Shown piece by piece: positions 38,637 through 52,435 of a DNA stretch of 64,000 nucleotides (position 1 is its first letter; every line of letters starts with the position of its first letter). Both the position numbers and the translations under genes were made by a program. The notes beneath the pieces were generated by a model. The model did not search any database. It was given only the letters and a program-made list of their open reading frames with translations, and was not told the DNA's origin. Source of the DNA: Sphyrna mokarran (lineage: Eukaryota); NCBI GenBank assembly GCA_024679065.1, contig JAGIQG010000021.1:23374001-23438000 (forward strand), given 5' to 3'.

Positions 38637-39884
38637 ACCATTGTGTCTCACTGTATCCCAATGCATGTGACAATAATAAATCAAATTAAACATTCTCAAC
38701 GTATCTTAAAACACTTCACAAACAATGGAGGATTTTTTGAACTGTAGCTAACATAATGTAGGGAAATGAAGCAGCCATTTTGCACATAAAGTTCGAATAA
38801 CAAACTAGAAATTAGCCAATTTAGTAACAAACTTAATATGTTTGCAGAATAAAAAACACACCTGATCAAGTGAAACACTTGCTCACTGAGACCAATTTGA
38901 CCCTTTCTTGCCAGTGAAGATACAGTCAGAAGTTTATTACTTTTAATATGCTCTACAGAAAGCCTTTTTTTTACTTTTGCAGTTATTAAATTTATACCCA
39001 TTTTCCCCAGAATTATGCAATTGATTCTGTACAGATGCATTGAAATACAATTTAACTGTCTTGAGATTCCACCACAATCTGTCTTCTAACTTGCAAAAGA
39101 TTATTCAATTACAAACAAAAAAAAGTTATATTTGTTTTGCCCATGATTCTATGGATTCTGTTGCAGAAAAAAAATGTTCTTAATATTGTGTATTGGCAGA
39201 TGTTTTTATAAGTTGCTGTGATGCAGCAAGTGGGAGGACATTGAGGGGAGATTATTTACATTCCTTAATTTCTCAGACATAGCAAATTCCTGATTTCAGC
39301 CTCAGAGGGTCTGCCAATCCTGCATTGAACACATCTCCTGATGGTCCAGAAAATATAAATGTGTTTCGCTGAAGATTCAAGTTTTCAAATTGTCACAAGT
39401 AATATCTGTGGTAAAAATTACAACAAAGTTGAATAGACATTGTCAGAAATGCTATGTACTCTGCTAAATATGAACCCCAGCCTGCCCCCGAACAATCATC
39501 ATCTCAGTCATCTAAATACACATCTTATTATTGATGTCATTGACACAATCGTTTTTCAAAAAAAGGAAGAACTATACATTATATCATGCTCCAACAGTCA
39601 GACGTTTTAAAAATCAGCTTTTTAATCTGTGTTCGTACTGTCATTTTCAGGTATTCTTCCATCTGAGATAGTTCTGAAATTTGTCTTTAATCATCCTCGA
39701 GATGTAGCCATCTTCTGCATTTATTGCCTCTACCTACTACTCTGAGAAAGTGGTCTTCTGTTTAAACCTCTGGAGGCCATGTCGTGAAGTTGCTCCGCAT
39801 TGCTGCTTGATAGGAAATTTCTAGATTTTGGCACAGTGACACTGAAGGAACAGCAATACGTTTCCAAGTTGGGATAATTTGTAG

Positions 39885-40312
39885 ATAAAAGCAAAATACT
39901 ACAGATGCTGGAAAATCTCAGCAGATGGAGAGGAATAGAGCCAACATTTCAAGTCTGGATGACTCTTTGTCAGAACTAAGAAGAGTTCATGCTCTGAAGT
40001 TGTTGAATTCATTGTTCAGTCTGGAAAGCTATAAAGTGAAAGAGACAAATAGAAATTCTGTCAGAGAGAAAAGCAGTGCTTCTTCAGGGCAGGCATTCCT
40101 GGAAGAAAAATGGCAGTGAGTTAAATATTAAGATAAAATATTACAGATGCTGGAATATGGAACATAAACAGCAAATGCCAAAAAAATCTCAGCAGATCTG
40201 ACAGCATCTGTGAAGAGAGAATAGAGCCAACATTTTGAGTCTGGATGACCTTTCGTCAGAGCTAGGGGCAAAAAGTTTATGTTCTGAAGTTATTGAACTC
40301 AATGATAATTTG
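39885..40312 (-). mobile_element. Tandem PLE 3' termini
   Basis: Two copies 286 bp apart. Minus strand near 39985-40040 reads ..LNNEFNNFRA*, resembling the PLE GIY-YIG C-terminus (GLN.EFNNFR). Confidence 0.65.
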
Positions 40313-40359
40313 TAGCTTGGAACTGGTGGTATTCCCATGCACCTGCACTCCTGTCTTTC

Positions 40360-40675
40360 TAGAATCATAGAATCATACAATGTAGAAGGAGTGAGAATGG
40401 CCCTTTGAGTCTGCACTGATCACAATCCCACCCAAGCCCTATCCCCATAATCCTAGACATTTACTAGTCTCCCTGACACTAACGGGCAATTTAGTGTAGC
40501 CATTCCACCTAACCAGCAGATCTTTGAACTGTGGGAGGAAACTGGAGCATCCAGGGGAAACACACACAGACAGGGAGAATGTACAGACTCCATACAGACA
40601 GTGACTCAAGAGTCAGGAATCAAGCCTGGGTCCTGGCACTGTGAGCAGCAGTGCTAATCATTGTGCCACTGTGTC
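40360..40675 (-). mobile_element. V-SINE, CR1-type tail
   Basis: TAGAATCA repeats, V-domain and head in reverse orientation. Confidence 0.85.
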
Positions 40676-41169
40676 TAGGTTGGGGAGGTTGTGAGTTTGC
40701 TTAAAGGCATCTTTGAAATCAGTTTGAAATGTATAGCCTTCTAGTGAAATGAAGTTCATAACAGTTTATCACCAGGAAGTGTATTACTGGGGGATGGTGC
40801 AACAATTTAAACTGCAAGTTGAAGTGAAAAAAGTGACACATTTTCCATTCATTTTTTTAGCTAGTAGGTTAAGCAGTTACTCCTTTTTAAGAAGGTGCCA
40901 GTGTTAGCATTCCAAGAAGTATGTGAAAACTTAGCATTTACAAATCTCCTAAAGGAAGAATGTCTAAATCCAGATTATGGTGCTTCCCAACCCCACAGCT
41001 GGGAAGCAATTATAAAAGCCAGCGTGTCACTCACAGCGTTACACCAACATGCTACTATACCATTGCTCTCTGGATGAAAAAGGAGATGGAAGTCAAGATA
41101 AGAAACAAAAAAATGGACTTAAGATAAATGTCAGGTAGTAAATATAATGAGAACCAAAAGTAGTACAGA

Positions 41170-42470
41170 GGGTTCAGCTGGGAGGTGACAAAGCACATTA
41201 GAGAAGCGGAGGAGGATTGTGAGAAAAGACTGGCAGCCAACATAAAGGTGAATCCCAAGGGCATTTAATAGTATAAAGTTGTAATAGTAGACAGGAGGAG
41301 TGGGGCTGATTAAGAATCAAAAAGGGAATTTACACATGAAGTTAGGGGGTATGGCTAAGATATTAAATGAATACTTTGTCAAGGTACGTCTTTACCAAGG
41401 AAGTGGACGCTACCCAAGACATGGTGACAGATAAAGAAACTTCATCTCCAGAAGGGTTCAAAATTAATAAGTAAGTAGTGTTGATTAGACTGTCGGTACT
41501 GAAAGTTGACAAGGCATCGGGACTGGATGATATCCAAAGATCTTGAAGGAAGTGAGAAAGGAAATTCCAGGAATGCTAGCCATAATTTTCCAGTCTACTC
41601 TAGACTTGAGAGGTGTCAGAGGACTGGAGAATTACAAACGTTATGCCTTTGTTCAAAAAGAATGTAGGGGATAGCCTCATCAATAACAGACCAGTCTGTT
41701 TAATGTCAGTGATGGGCAAGCTTCTAGAAACAATTATTGAGTATAACTAATAGTCACATAGAAAAATGTGGGTCAATTCAGAAGAGCCAGCATGGATTTC
41801 TAAAAGAAAATTGTGTTTCAATAACTGCTGTAGTTTTTCTGAAGAGGAGAAGGAAAGGGTCAATGAGTGTAATGCTATTGATGTAGTGTACATGGACCTT
41901 CTGAAGGCATTCGATGCAGTGCCATACATGGACTTGAGAAACATTATAGCTCATTGGAATAAGAGGGAGAGTAGCAACATGAGTACAAGAATAGCTGAAT
42001 AATAGGAAGCAGAGAGTAATAGTCAACGGATATTTCTTGGGCTGGAAGAAAATTTATAATGGTGTTTCCCAGGGGTGGATATTGGGATCTTAGCTTTCCC
42101 TCATATATATTAATGATCTAGATTTCGGTGTATAAGGGAAGATTTCAAAGTTTGCAAATGATACAAAACTTGCCAGTATTGTAAAATGTGAGGGGGAGAG
42201 TGTCAAACTTCACAAGGACATGGACAGGTTGATAGAACAGACAAATGGGTGGCAAATGAAGTTCTGTGTGGAAAAGTGAGAGATGATGGATTTTTAGTAG
42301 AAAGAACCATGGAGAAACAATGTGAGGAGTAGGGTGCAGGAGAAGATGGACCTGGGTGTATGTGTGTATAGATCATTGAAGATGGCAGGACAGATGGAGT
42401 GAGCAGTTAATAAAGCATATAGTATCCTGGGCTTTATTAAGAGGGGAATAGAGTATAAAAAGCAAGGATC
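41170..42470 (+). mobile_element. CR1 LINE ORF2 remnant
   Basis: DVVYMDLLKAFDAVP, GVSQGWILG, SKFANDTKL. Confidence 0.85.
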
Positions 42471-42559
42471 AAGAAAAGAACGGTTCAATCAGGCAGACAG
42501 TCTTTCAAACCAGGCCTCCCACCTGCCTTGTCAGGGCCTATCATCCTGACCCCAGTGAA

Positions 42560-43400
42560 ATCACTCCCCTCCTACCTTGATTTCTGACCTCTCGTGATGA
42601 TCTTCATTAGGGGCTGCCTGTAGTCCCAGAGGTGTCCACCACTCCCGCCTGGGTATGGAGGAGGCATTGATGAATGGAATTTCTCTAGTATTTTTATGTC
42701 TTATTGATGCATAGTCCAGATCTCACTGTAGCACAGGAATGCAGTGTTAAAGCTGCACTGTACAAGTATTTTTATTGACTTGGAAAGGTCTTTGTTGTCA
42801 AACACTCACTACCGTAGTTTGTAGAGGCTAAGCTGGTGTCATCAATGTTAGCCTTTTGAGAGAGGTAACTGCTAAGGAATGGGAAGTGTTCAATGTATTC
42901 CAGAGTGTCTCCTTCAACAAAGATGGTAAGTACAAAAATTGGCTGAGGCAAGAACTCTCGTCTATGTCTGGATACCTCATATTGCTTGTACACAGAATTG
43001 AAGAGATAAAGAATGGCTCGCAAAGCTGGTGCAGAGTTAACAGTGACAATACAATCATTTGCAAACTGTAGATCATGTATATACATGTTGGTCAGTTTAG
43101 TTTTGACATGGAAGTGACTGACATTAAAGAGTTTTCCTTCTGGATGCTATTGAATATTCAGATCCAGAGTTCAGTTTCTCTTTGTTGAAGTAAATAGCCA
43201 TTGTCAGACAGACTGTAAATAGTATGGAACTATCACAGCCTTGCTTGTCATCAGATCAGATTTTGAAAGTGTCTGTTTTATATCTCCCACTCCCAGACAA
43301 TTTCAGTCATGTTGTCAGGAAGCAGTTTGAGGATTGAGATGAAATGCTGGGATTAGAATACTGCTGGCCATCCAGTCAGCATCAGATTTGGATGAACATC
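42560..43400 (-). mobile_element. RTE-clade LINE fragment
   Basis: IHDLQFANDC (YADD motif) and LEYIEHFPFLSSYLSQKANIDD. Confidence 0.7.
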
Positions 43401-43552
43401 TCGTCTAAGCCAACTAACTCGCAGTATCATGGGGGCCTTCCCCTTTTTTTTGCTAGGCGGATGGGGAGCATGATGCCTATAAAATCTAGTCAAAGATGTT
43501 TAATGTTTTGTTGTGAATGCAGTTGTTTCAATGTTTGTTCAATGATGACTTT

Positions 43553-43670
43553 GGGCAGAATTTTCCCATCTTGCCTGCCACAGGAATCATAGTGATTGGG
43601 ATATGGGTTATGCAAAAGTCCATTGACCTCAAGTAGAATTTTGGGGCGAGCGCAGCCAGAAAATCCCAAT
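43553..43670. mobile_element. Small MITE
   Basis: GGGCAGAATTTTC...GAAAATCCC imperfect TIRs. Resembles short elements at ~17730-17880 and ~59355-59490. Confidence 0.4.
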
Positions 43671-43794
43671 TTTGTATTCTTTAGACTGTAGGGAAGACCA
43701 GCTTGCTGAAAGTTTCTTTTCTTAGCAGGAAGCCAAGATGGGGTTTGAGGTTTGGGATTGTGGCTTTATTACAAATGACCCTGATTTTGATTCT

Positions 43795-44240
43795 GGGTCT
43801 GATGTCTGAGGAGAGACTGACTAGGTTCAGATTATTTTCGCTGGAGTTCAATTGAGTGAGGGGGGTATTTCATAGAGACTTACGAAATTTGAACAGGATT
43901 GGACAGGGTGGATGCAGAGAGGATGTTCCTGATGGTGGGGGAGTCCAGAACCAGGATTCAGGCTAAACCATTTAGAACAGAGATAAGGAGACTTTTCTTC
44001 ACCAAAAGGGTGGTGAGCCTATGGAATTCATTACCACAGGAAATAGTTGATGCCAAAACGTTGAATGTATTCAAGAGGCGGCTGGACATAGCACTTTTGG
44101 TGAATGGGATTGAAGGTTATGGAGAAAAACAGGATGAGGCTATTGAGTTGGGAGATCAGTCATGATCATAATGAATGGTGGAGCAGGTTCAAAGGGCCAA
44201 ATGGCCTCCTCCTGCTCCTTTCTTTTTTGTTTCTATGTTT
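43795..44240 (+). mobile_element. CR1 3' fragment
   Basis: DRVDAERMF..FFTKRVVSLWNSLP, with tail. Confidence 0.85.
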
Positions 44241-46534
44241 CTCGAAAGCTGAACAAGCTCAAACACCTGTCTCAGAACTCATGTTGTGTTCCAACAATTT
44301 GCTTTCACATTACAGATAGAAGAACAGCAGCAAGTTTGAATGAACTCATTCATTTTCATCCTGCTATGTTTGCTAATTAAATCAGCCAGTAAAAGTCAGC
44401 TACTCAGCTTGGCTGTATGTGTAGTTGTCCGAAAGACAAGACTGGATCCTGTAAAAATGGACTTAATATTTCAGTGCCACCTTGTGTTTGCATGTGGATT
44501 TGCACAATGGTGGGTGATCAGTCTTTGACCCATGTCGCCAGAACTATACAAAATATTTCTCAAGTATTACAAATGTGTTATTCATATGCGGCATCAAAAG
44601 CAATATTTTATAATTCTGTTTAGATGTGAATATGATTACTAGGAAGACATGTGATTCTGCAAATTGTATTTCTAGTTCCATTTTAACAATTTTAGATTGC
44701 AGCTGTAATAACTAACACTTTCAATGATATGGAGCAGCCTCATTTATTCCAGTGAATCTAATTATGGTCAGGGGAAAGGGGACAATCTTCAATTTCATTT
44801 TCAAATACATTGACCAATGTCAAATAATTGGGATCCACAATTAGTAAAACATCTGAAAGTATTGGCACACGATATAATTTTCTTTGAACATGTGTTGGAA
44901 CAGTTTTAGTTAAAATAAATGGCTATAGAACAAGTACTAAAATTCTATAATATTTGTTTTCCAGCAACCTTTTACAGTCAAGGAAGTGCATGTTTAAAAG
45001 TAAGGATGATTCATTATTGCAGGGAGCTTATTTTGAGCACTAAGTGAAGATTGATTTCTCCCAACCCTGCTGTGCACATTAGCAGTGGAAATGTTTCACT
45101 CCTGATAAAATGCAGCTGGTATCAAGCCACTATCCAAACAATGGAAGTATGGAACACATACAGCATAAAAACACCAAGATCTCACCCTGACCCATCAGCA
45201 GAAGTCCCTGGGTTCAGCTCACTCAAAGCTTTCAACTGAATCCACACAAGATGTGAGTGCTGCAGCTACTTGCTCAATTAGTGGACAATGAGGGATGACC
45301 CGAAATGCTATTGTGATCATGAGTCCCACTACGGAGCATGAGTCCCACCATTACAGGAGTCACCTCATTGCCCCTTTATCATCTTGAGGTCAAATTAGAT
45401 AACCCATTAGAGATCTTACCCTTCATACAAAAGTAGTTGTCGTACTCTCGCTAAAATGTGTTCATCTTTTGAACCGCTTTAAACAAATTATCTTCTCCAG
45501 TATTCTGTTTATTCCTTTGCATTTACAGAGCAGTTTTTTCCAAGCTAACAGGGTCATTTGATGTCTCAAAGGGTAGTTGTCCACTGCCTTTTTGTGAATC
45601 TTTCCGGATTCGGGTAAGGATCCGATACTAGAGGTTGCAAGCCATGGCCAAAGGCAGAACCAGGGACTTTTCAAAGATGATGGCATAACAGCTGAACCTC
45701 GAGAGACACCTGCGGCCCTACAGGCAGAGAGAGTCAGAAAGAGGCCTTGTGTTTCCTTTTCGCATGAGGTAGGCAAGAGGAAACTAGTTCATGTATTCTT
45801 CTTTTTAGTTGTATTGCTCATCAAAGTTGAAAATGGGAGACACTTACGAGTAACTGAAGAGGAAAGTACAGGACGTGGAGGTGTGGAGGAGCGAGCAGGG
45901 AATCTGCCCTTGGCATTTACTTCCAACCACAATGACATTTAGAAAAAAAATTATCATGTTAATGAGTGCAGCTCAGATGTCCAACATTTCACCCAATAAC
46001 TTTATTACTCAAGTAATCACTGGTTGCAAACTCATTGAAAATATATTTGAACTGAATGCTTTTTCAGATAATGGAGTGTGGTATTTGTGTTCCAATTGTG
46101 TTCAGCAGTGCAATGGTGTAGGTTTACTCCTGTGATTCTGAACGCTCAGTGTTGCCAACTTTCATTATGACATTCATTTCAAACACCAAGCAGAAGTCAG
46201 GTGCTGCCTGAGTGGGGAATTGTAAGTGGACATGTCACTTTGGACAACTGTCATACGCCTGGTGAATTATTGGAAACAAATTATCCGCTCATGCTCTGAT
46301 AAACGTCGCACAGTAAACATATGACGTGATGGCAAATAAATATACTTTAAGTTGCAGTGTTTTTTTAATGAAAAAGGAATTTCTGTTGGTTCTTATATGT
46401 TTATATTTGCTGTAAAGTCAATAAGAACAATGGAAGAGAAATAATTATTAATCTCATGATTATAATATGCCACAATGGAATTAATGTACATTACTAGTGC
46501 ATAATTTTAGTATTTTGGAACTAACAATTAATTA

Positions 46535-46975
46535 ATTTGCTTTATTATTTTCACATGTATTAGCAATGAAAAGTATTGTTTCTTTCACGCTATACAGAGC
46601 ATACCTTCATAGAGAAAGAAAACAGATTGAAGAATGTAATGTTACAGTCATAGCTAGGATGTAGAGAAAGATCAACTTAATGTGAGGTAGGTCCATTCAA
46701 AAATCTAACGGCAGCAGGGAAGAAGCGGTTCTTGAGTCGGTTGATAAATGACCTCAGACTTTTGTATCTTTTTCCTGAAGCAAGAAGGTGAAAGAGAGAA
46801 TGTCTGGGGTACTTGGGGTCCTTAATCATATTGGCTGCTTTACTGAGGCAGCAGGAAGTGTAAGCAGAGTCAACAGACGGGAGGCTGGTTTGGTGATGGA
46901 TTGGGCTACACTTCTGACCTTTTGTAGTTTTTTGCGGTCTTGGCAAAGCAGGAGCCATACCAAGCTGTAATGAAC
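46535..46975 (-). mobile_element. Rex1-type LINE 3' end
   Basis: IKDPKYPRHSLFHLLASGKRYKSL..RLKNRFFPAAVR.LN. Confidence 0.8.
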
Positions 46976-47351
46976 CAAGTTGTGCAGTTGTTCATAGATG
47001 AATGGAAAATTGATTATCAATGCAGTCCAGTTTGGAAATCGTCCATCTTTGCTTGATATAACGAAAAACGTAAGTAAAAATGAGGTTTGTTTCCCTTTAT
47101 ATCATACAGAAAAGAATTTGACCTTGTGAGTTAACAATGTGATATATTTGAAAGTTCATATAGTTCAAAATGTACAATTTTAACAATGTAAATGCTTCTT
47201 ACAAGTTGTCAGTAGCTCCATTTTAAGGAGAATATGAGCTAGAATGCACTTTACTTTATATAGCCTTAGTATTATAGTTCGTATGACATATCAAATTATA
47301 TAATGCATAACAAATACAGCATATTTAATATATCAACTATTTTTGCTTTTT

Positions 47352-47700
47352 TATTCATTGCCGGAATATGACTGTCACTGGCTGGGCCAGCATTATTTGC
47401 CCATCCATTTTAGAAGGCATATGAGAGTCACATTGCGGTGGATCAGTAATCAGAATGTAGGTGAGACTGGGTAAGGGCAGCAGATTTCCTTCCTTAAAGG
47501 AAATTAATGAACCAGATAGGTTTTATGACAATCTGCAATGGTTTCATGGTCATCGATAGATTTCTTTGAATTCCAGATTTTTAATGAATTCAAATTTCAC
47601 CACCCACTATGGTGGGATTTGAACTCTGATTCCCCCAATGTATTACCCTTGGTCTCTGAATTATTAGTCCAGTAATAAAACCATTATGCCACCACCTCCT
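47352..47700. repeat. Interspersed shark repeat (LINE 3'-end-like); related copy at ~21770-22120
   Basis: Shared GGGTAAG..GGCAGATTTCCTTCC..ATTA.TGAA.CAG and GGTGGGATTTGAAC segments. Confidence 0.6.
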
Positions 47701-50039
47701 TCATTCCACTGCAGTTTTATAATGGCATTGAAAAAAAAGTTCAACAGGTTGCACTGCTATACACACAAGTGGTGGTATTGCTGTATAACCAAAAACATCA
47801 TTATGCAATGTAAATAACTAACAATGTGTTGTACCATCACTTAATCACATGCTATTTAATCAAATAAATTAATTTTTGTAATTCTGACAGCAGAGTTACG
47901 GCATGGCATGGACTGATAGTTCAACGTGTCATGGATCTTAACAATTTTTCTCTAGGTCAGATGATAGCCATAGTGTTCTAAATCATTCTGAATGAATAAT
48001 GTTAATATTATATTGTGGTGTCTCTATTGAATTAATTACTGCTATCCCTTAGTTTTTAAAGCCCATTTCACCAGCAGTCAATGGAGATTTGGAAAGTTTC
48101 TACAAATTAAAATATAGAAAATTGACAAAATAATCAATAGATTTCAAAGATGTTGACCATTCAAAAACATTGCAGAATATAGTTTTCTGCCCTGCAAAGA
48201 TAGTTAAACAAAGGTACAGTAGGAGATAACTTCGTTATAACTTGAGTTGCCAATGTCCTGACATTCTATTACAGGGAACGATCCGAAAAGACTCAGAAAA
48301 TACAGTTTATAGCAATAATCAAAGCAGAAAATTATATCTGTTGAGAGAGAAAAACAAAGTTAACATTTCAGCTCAGTGACCATTCTTCCTATCTGGAAGC
48401 TTTATAGCTGAGGGGCTGAAGGGGAATATCAATTTTTGATTTTACAATATTAAAGACATATATTGGCAAATAAAAGTAGTTGTGGACATTTGTGCAACTT
48501 TAAATGCAGATGGATTTTACAGGGGACATATTACCCACCACTCTCGTCCAATTTGGCACCATAAGTGTCCCAATATGTCCAAGGGCAAATGGTTGTCTGA
48601 CACATTGCCAGCCACCAAAATATGGAGATGGGTTGGGGTGAGCAGGAAAAGTTTTCTGCCCCCCCTTTGCCTTCAAATACACCAGTGAGGACTGTAAAGT
48701 TCACCCCACGGTTCAATTCCTTTTATGGTAGGAAGGAAATTGATCATTTTAATTTGACGAATCAATATTTTTGACAATTGATACCATCAATAACCTAAAT
48801 TACCAAGTAGCTGTCTTTCACACAACAGAGTAGTCTCACTCACTCAGAATGCCCATGGAAAGGTAAAGGATTACCTACACTGAGAGTGCTTTGATTCAAC
48901 AGTCTTAAATAAACAACTCTTATTTCTAAGGAGCTTGAAGAAGGATAAAGATGAATCAGTATCATCAGAACAAAGCCTTAGAATTGAATTCTGCTGCCAT
49001 GTCACAGCATTATGTGCTGATTGGCCAGCCATAACTTTGTTTTTTCACAAAAAATTGAGGTTTGATATGATGCTGGAGCTAATAGCGATGAACCTTGAAC
49101 ATATTTATGTGCCTTCACATTGCTAGCACATGTGAAATCAATAGCTTAGCCATTGCTAATAAAATGCTGCATGGAAAAATGTTGCAAAAACATATTGGCT
49201 TGGATTTGTTGCAGTAGGGCATCTCACGGAATGTTCCATTCGTTCCATATGAACATTGATAACATTTACACTGACATCCATTTCTCCCTCACCACCACCT
49301 CTCTAAATTCCTTTACTGTCTCTTTCCCAAGGTCCCCGTACAGGTAGTTCACAGCGTTAAGACATTTGACTTAAGACAAATGGCACATACGATGTTTAAA
49401 TTGACATCCCATCTGACTTTTTGATGGCGTTTTTGACTTTACAATGCCACACCAGCAAGTCCATACATGTACATTGACATTCTGCATTGCCCATCTGTAT
49501 GAGTGAACAGGTCGAACTGTCCTTATTAGGATGGAAACAAGTATTTTAACCTGCTAATTTTTTTTGGCACACCCGTTGTGATTTTAATACATTTATATGC
49601 TTACATTGTGTTTAATATGCACTTAGGTTTGTAGAAGTTCAAGGTTAAACAGGCAATTGACAGTGATTGATGTCTTCATTATATCCACCACACTAACAGT
49701 GGAACTTTTGCTAAGGCATGCAAGCATCAATAGCTACCTCAGCACTTGACAAGGCAAGAATTGAGAGAATTTAACATCACCAAGCACCCCATGAGTGATT
49801 TCCGGTCTTAGTTCAGTAACCAATTCATACCATTGATCCCATGGGAAGATCAGTTCCAACTTATAATGTTTCAAATTAGAATGCAGTTTTCAATAACCAT
49901 TTGTGTCTTGGGAATAGAAAACTCCTGCTCACCTGGCACAGACAATTCTCAGATTTAACTATTAGGAAGGCTGAAGCCATTACCTTTGGTCCAGCCTCAA
50001 ACTTAACTTTCTGAGTTGTGAAATCAATTTCTCTCATGA

Positions 50040-51360
50040 GCAATTGTCCAATGCTGAAACAGACACTTTGCAATCTTGATGGCTTATTTGACCCAGGTGT
50101 ACTTTCAAACATGTAGCTATTCAGCCACCAACATCCACCTCGATACCATTGCACGACTCTGCTCCTGTCTCAGCCCATCTGTAACTGGAACCCTTGTCCA
50201 TGCCCTTGTTACCTCTAGACTTGGTTATTTCAATGTACTCCTAGCTAATGGGTGGCACGGTGGTCAGCACTGCTGCCACACAGTGGCAAGGATCAGAATT
50301 TGATTCCAGTCTTGGGTATCTGTGTGGAGTTTGCATGTTCTCTCTGTATCTGCACGGGTTCCTCTGGGTGCTCTGGATTTCATAGAATCCCTATAGTGCA
50401 GAAGGAAGCCATTCAGCCCATCAAGTCTGCATCGACCACAATCCCACTCAGGATCTATTCCTATAACTCCCCACTATTTTCCTTGCTAATCCCCTGACAC
50501 TAAGGTTAATTTAACATGGCCAATCAACCTGATCTGCACATCTTTGGAATTTGGGAGCAAACCGAGTACCTGAGGAAACCTACATAGACAAGGGGAGAAC
50601 GTGCAAATTCCACACAGTGACCTGAGGCCGGAATTGAACCTGGATCCCTGCAGGTTAGTGGATTGGCCATGTTCAATTGCCCCTTAATATCACAAGTTAT
50701 CTAGGCTCGATGGATTTGCCATGGTAAATATGTGGGATTGCAGAAGTAAGGCAGGGAGAGGGCCTGGGTAAGATAACACTGGTAAAGAGTCACTGCAGAC
50801 TTGATGTGCTATATGGCCCCTTCTGTACTGTAGAAATGCTATGGATCTAGCTGACCATCAAATTTACACCTTCCATAAACTTAAGGTCATCCAAAACTCT
50901 GCTATCAATATCCTAACATACACCAAGTCAAATTTCCTTATCATCCATGTGCTTGCTGATCTAAATTGGCTGTGGGTCTGGCATAGCCTCAGTTTTAAAA
51001 TTATCATTGTTTTAAAATCTTTTCATGAGGTTACCCCGCCCTATTCCTGTAATCTCCTCCAAGCTCACAACCATTCAAGATCCCTATGCTCCTCTTGTTG
51101 TGGCCTCTTGCACATATCTGATTTTAATCACTCCATCATTGGCAATGTTTTAAGTTTCCTGGACCGTTAGCTCCAGACGTCCCACCCTATACATCTTTCT
51201 CTCATCCCCCTTTCTCCTCCTTTAAAGTGCTGCTCTCATAAACTTGTCATTTGGACTAAGCTTTGGATCATCCAACCAACTATCTCCTCGGGTGTAAAAT
51301 TGTATTTGATAATACACCTTGGAAAATTGTACCATGTTAAAGGCACAATAAAATGCAAGT
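50040..51360 (+). mobile_element. L2 LINE 3' fragment split by nested SINEs
   Basis: TLVHALVTSRLGYFNVLLA | HKLKVIQNSA..VLADLNWL..FKI. Confidence 0.8.
50249..50848 (+). mobile_element. V-SINE containing an antisense V-SINE (~50381-50650)
   Basis: The outer + copy is interrupted after the V-domain by a - copy, then resumes at CAGGTTAGTGGATTGGCCATG. CTAGCT lies on both flanks. Confidence 0.8.
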
Positions 51361-52111
51361 TAAACTTTTCTTTCCCTCACAATTTTCCCTCACATAGAAG
51401 CTTATGGTGCTATGAGATGCTGAAAATGCAAGTATCAAAAATGATTCTGGGGCAGTGAGGACAGTGATGCACCTGGAACCCTGGTGAAGGATGAAACCAA
51501 CAATTTACCTTCTTAACTAATTAGATTTAAAAATTGAGAAAGAAACAGGGAAATTATGAAAAATGAAATAGGATGAATTAGAGTCCTCTCAGCAAGCTGC
51601 CGTACAAAATTGAGTTGAAAGCTGAGGGGGGGAACGTCTGTCTCAAAGAAATGCTATCAACAGCCTGACCCACCATTATCACAGCAGTAATTTCAAGCCC
51701 ATATTTTTCTTTTGACCCTGTGAACAGATTGAGCTTCCTTTCTGTGAACTAAAATTAATTATTTCCTGCAACCATTTAGGAGTACAAAAAAAATTACAGG
51801 GCATGAAAATCTGACATGCAAGGAACTGAATTTTGGACACTCAAATGAACATGACTGACTATCTCCAGTCTGGAGTTTACTGTCAATTATATTGTCTTCG
51901 ATTAATACTAACATCTCACAAACAGACCAGTTCTCAAAATGGCACATCACAATTATAATAACACTCTAATCAAACCCAAAGTGTGGATCTGTCATATTTT
52001 TACAAATAAAACTCCAGTTTCATTCTTTTAGTTCCAAATTCTGACAGGTTCGCAGATACAATGGCAATAGAGCTTTGATAATGTCCAGTTAAAGTCAGTA
52101 AAGAAATGAGA

Positions 52112-52435
52112 TCATAGAAACCTTTCAGTGTAGAAGGAGGCCATTCAGCCCAACGAGTCTACACCGACAACAGCTCCACCCAGGTTCTATCCCCGTAATC
52201 CTATATATTTATCCCACTAATCCTGCTAACCTATGCAACTGGTTCACTAATGTTCAATTTAGCATGGCCAATGCATTTTATCCACACATCTTTGGACTGT
52301 GGGAGAAAACCACAGCATCCAGAGGAAACTCACACAGTCATGGGGAGTACAAACTCTACATGGACAGTGACCCAAGCCAGGAATCAAACCCAGGTCTCTG
52401 GAGCTTTGAGGCAGTGGTGCTAACCACTGTGCTAT
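52112..52435 (-). mobile_element. V-SINE, CR1-type tail
   Basis: Same family, reverse orientation. Confidence 0.85.

Noticed and set aside
45600-45780. GCCATGG Kozak-like start and GAG|GTAGGC donor suggesting an alternative first exon
   Set aside because: The ORF stops after 14 codons, no signal peptide is encoded, and there is no promoter evidence.
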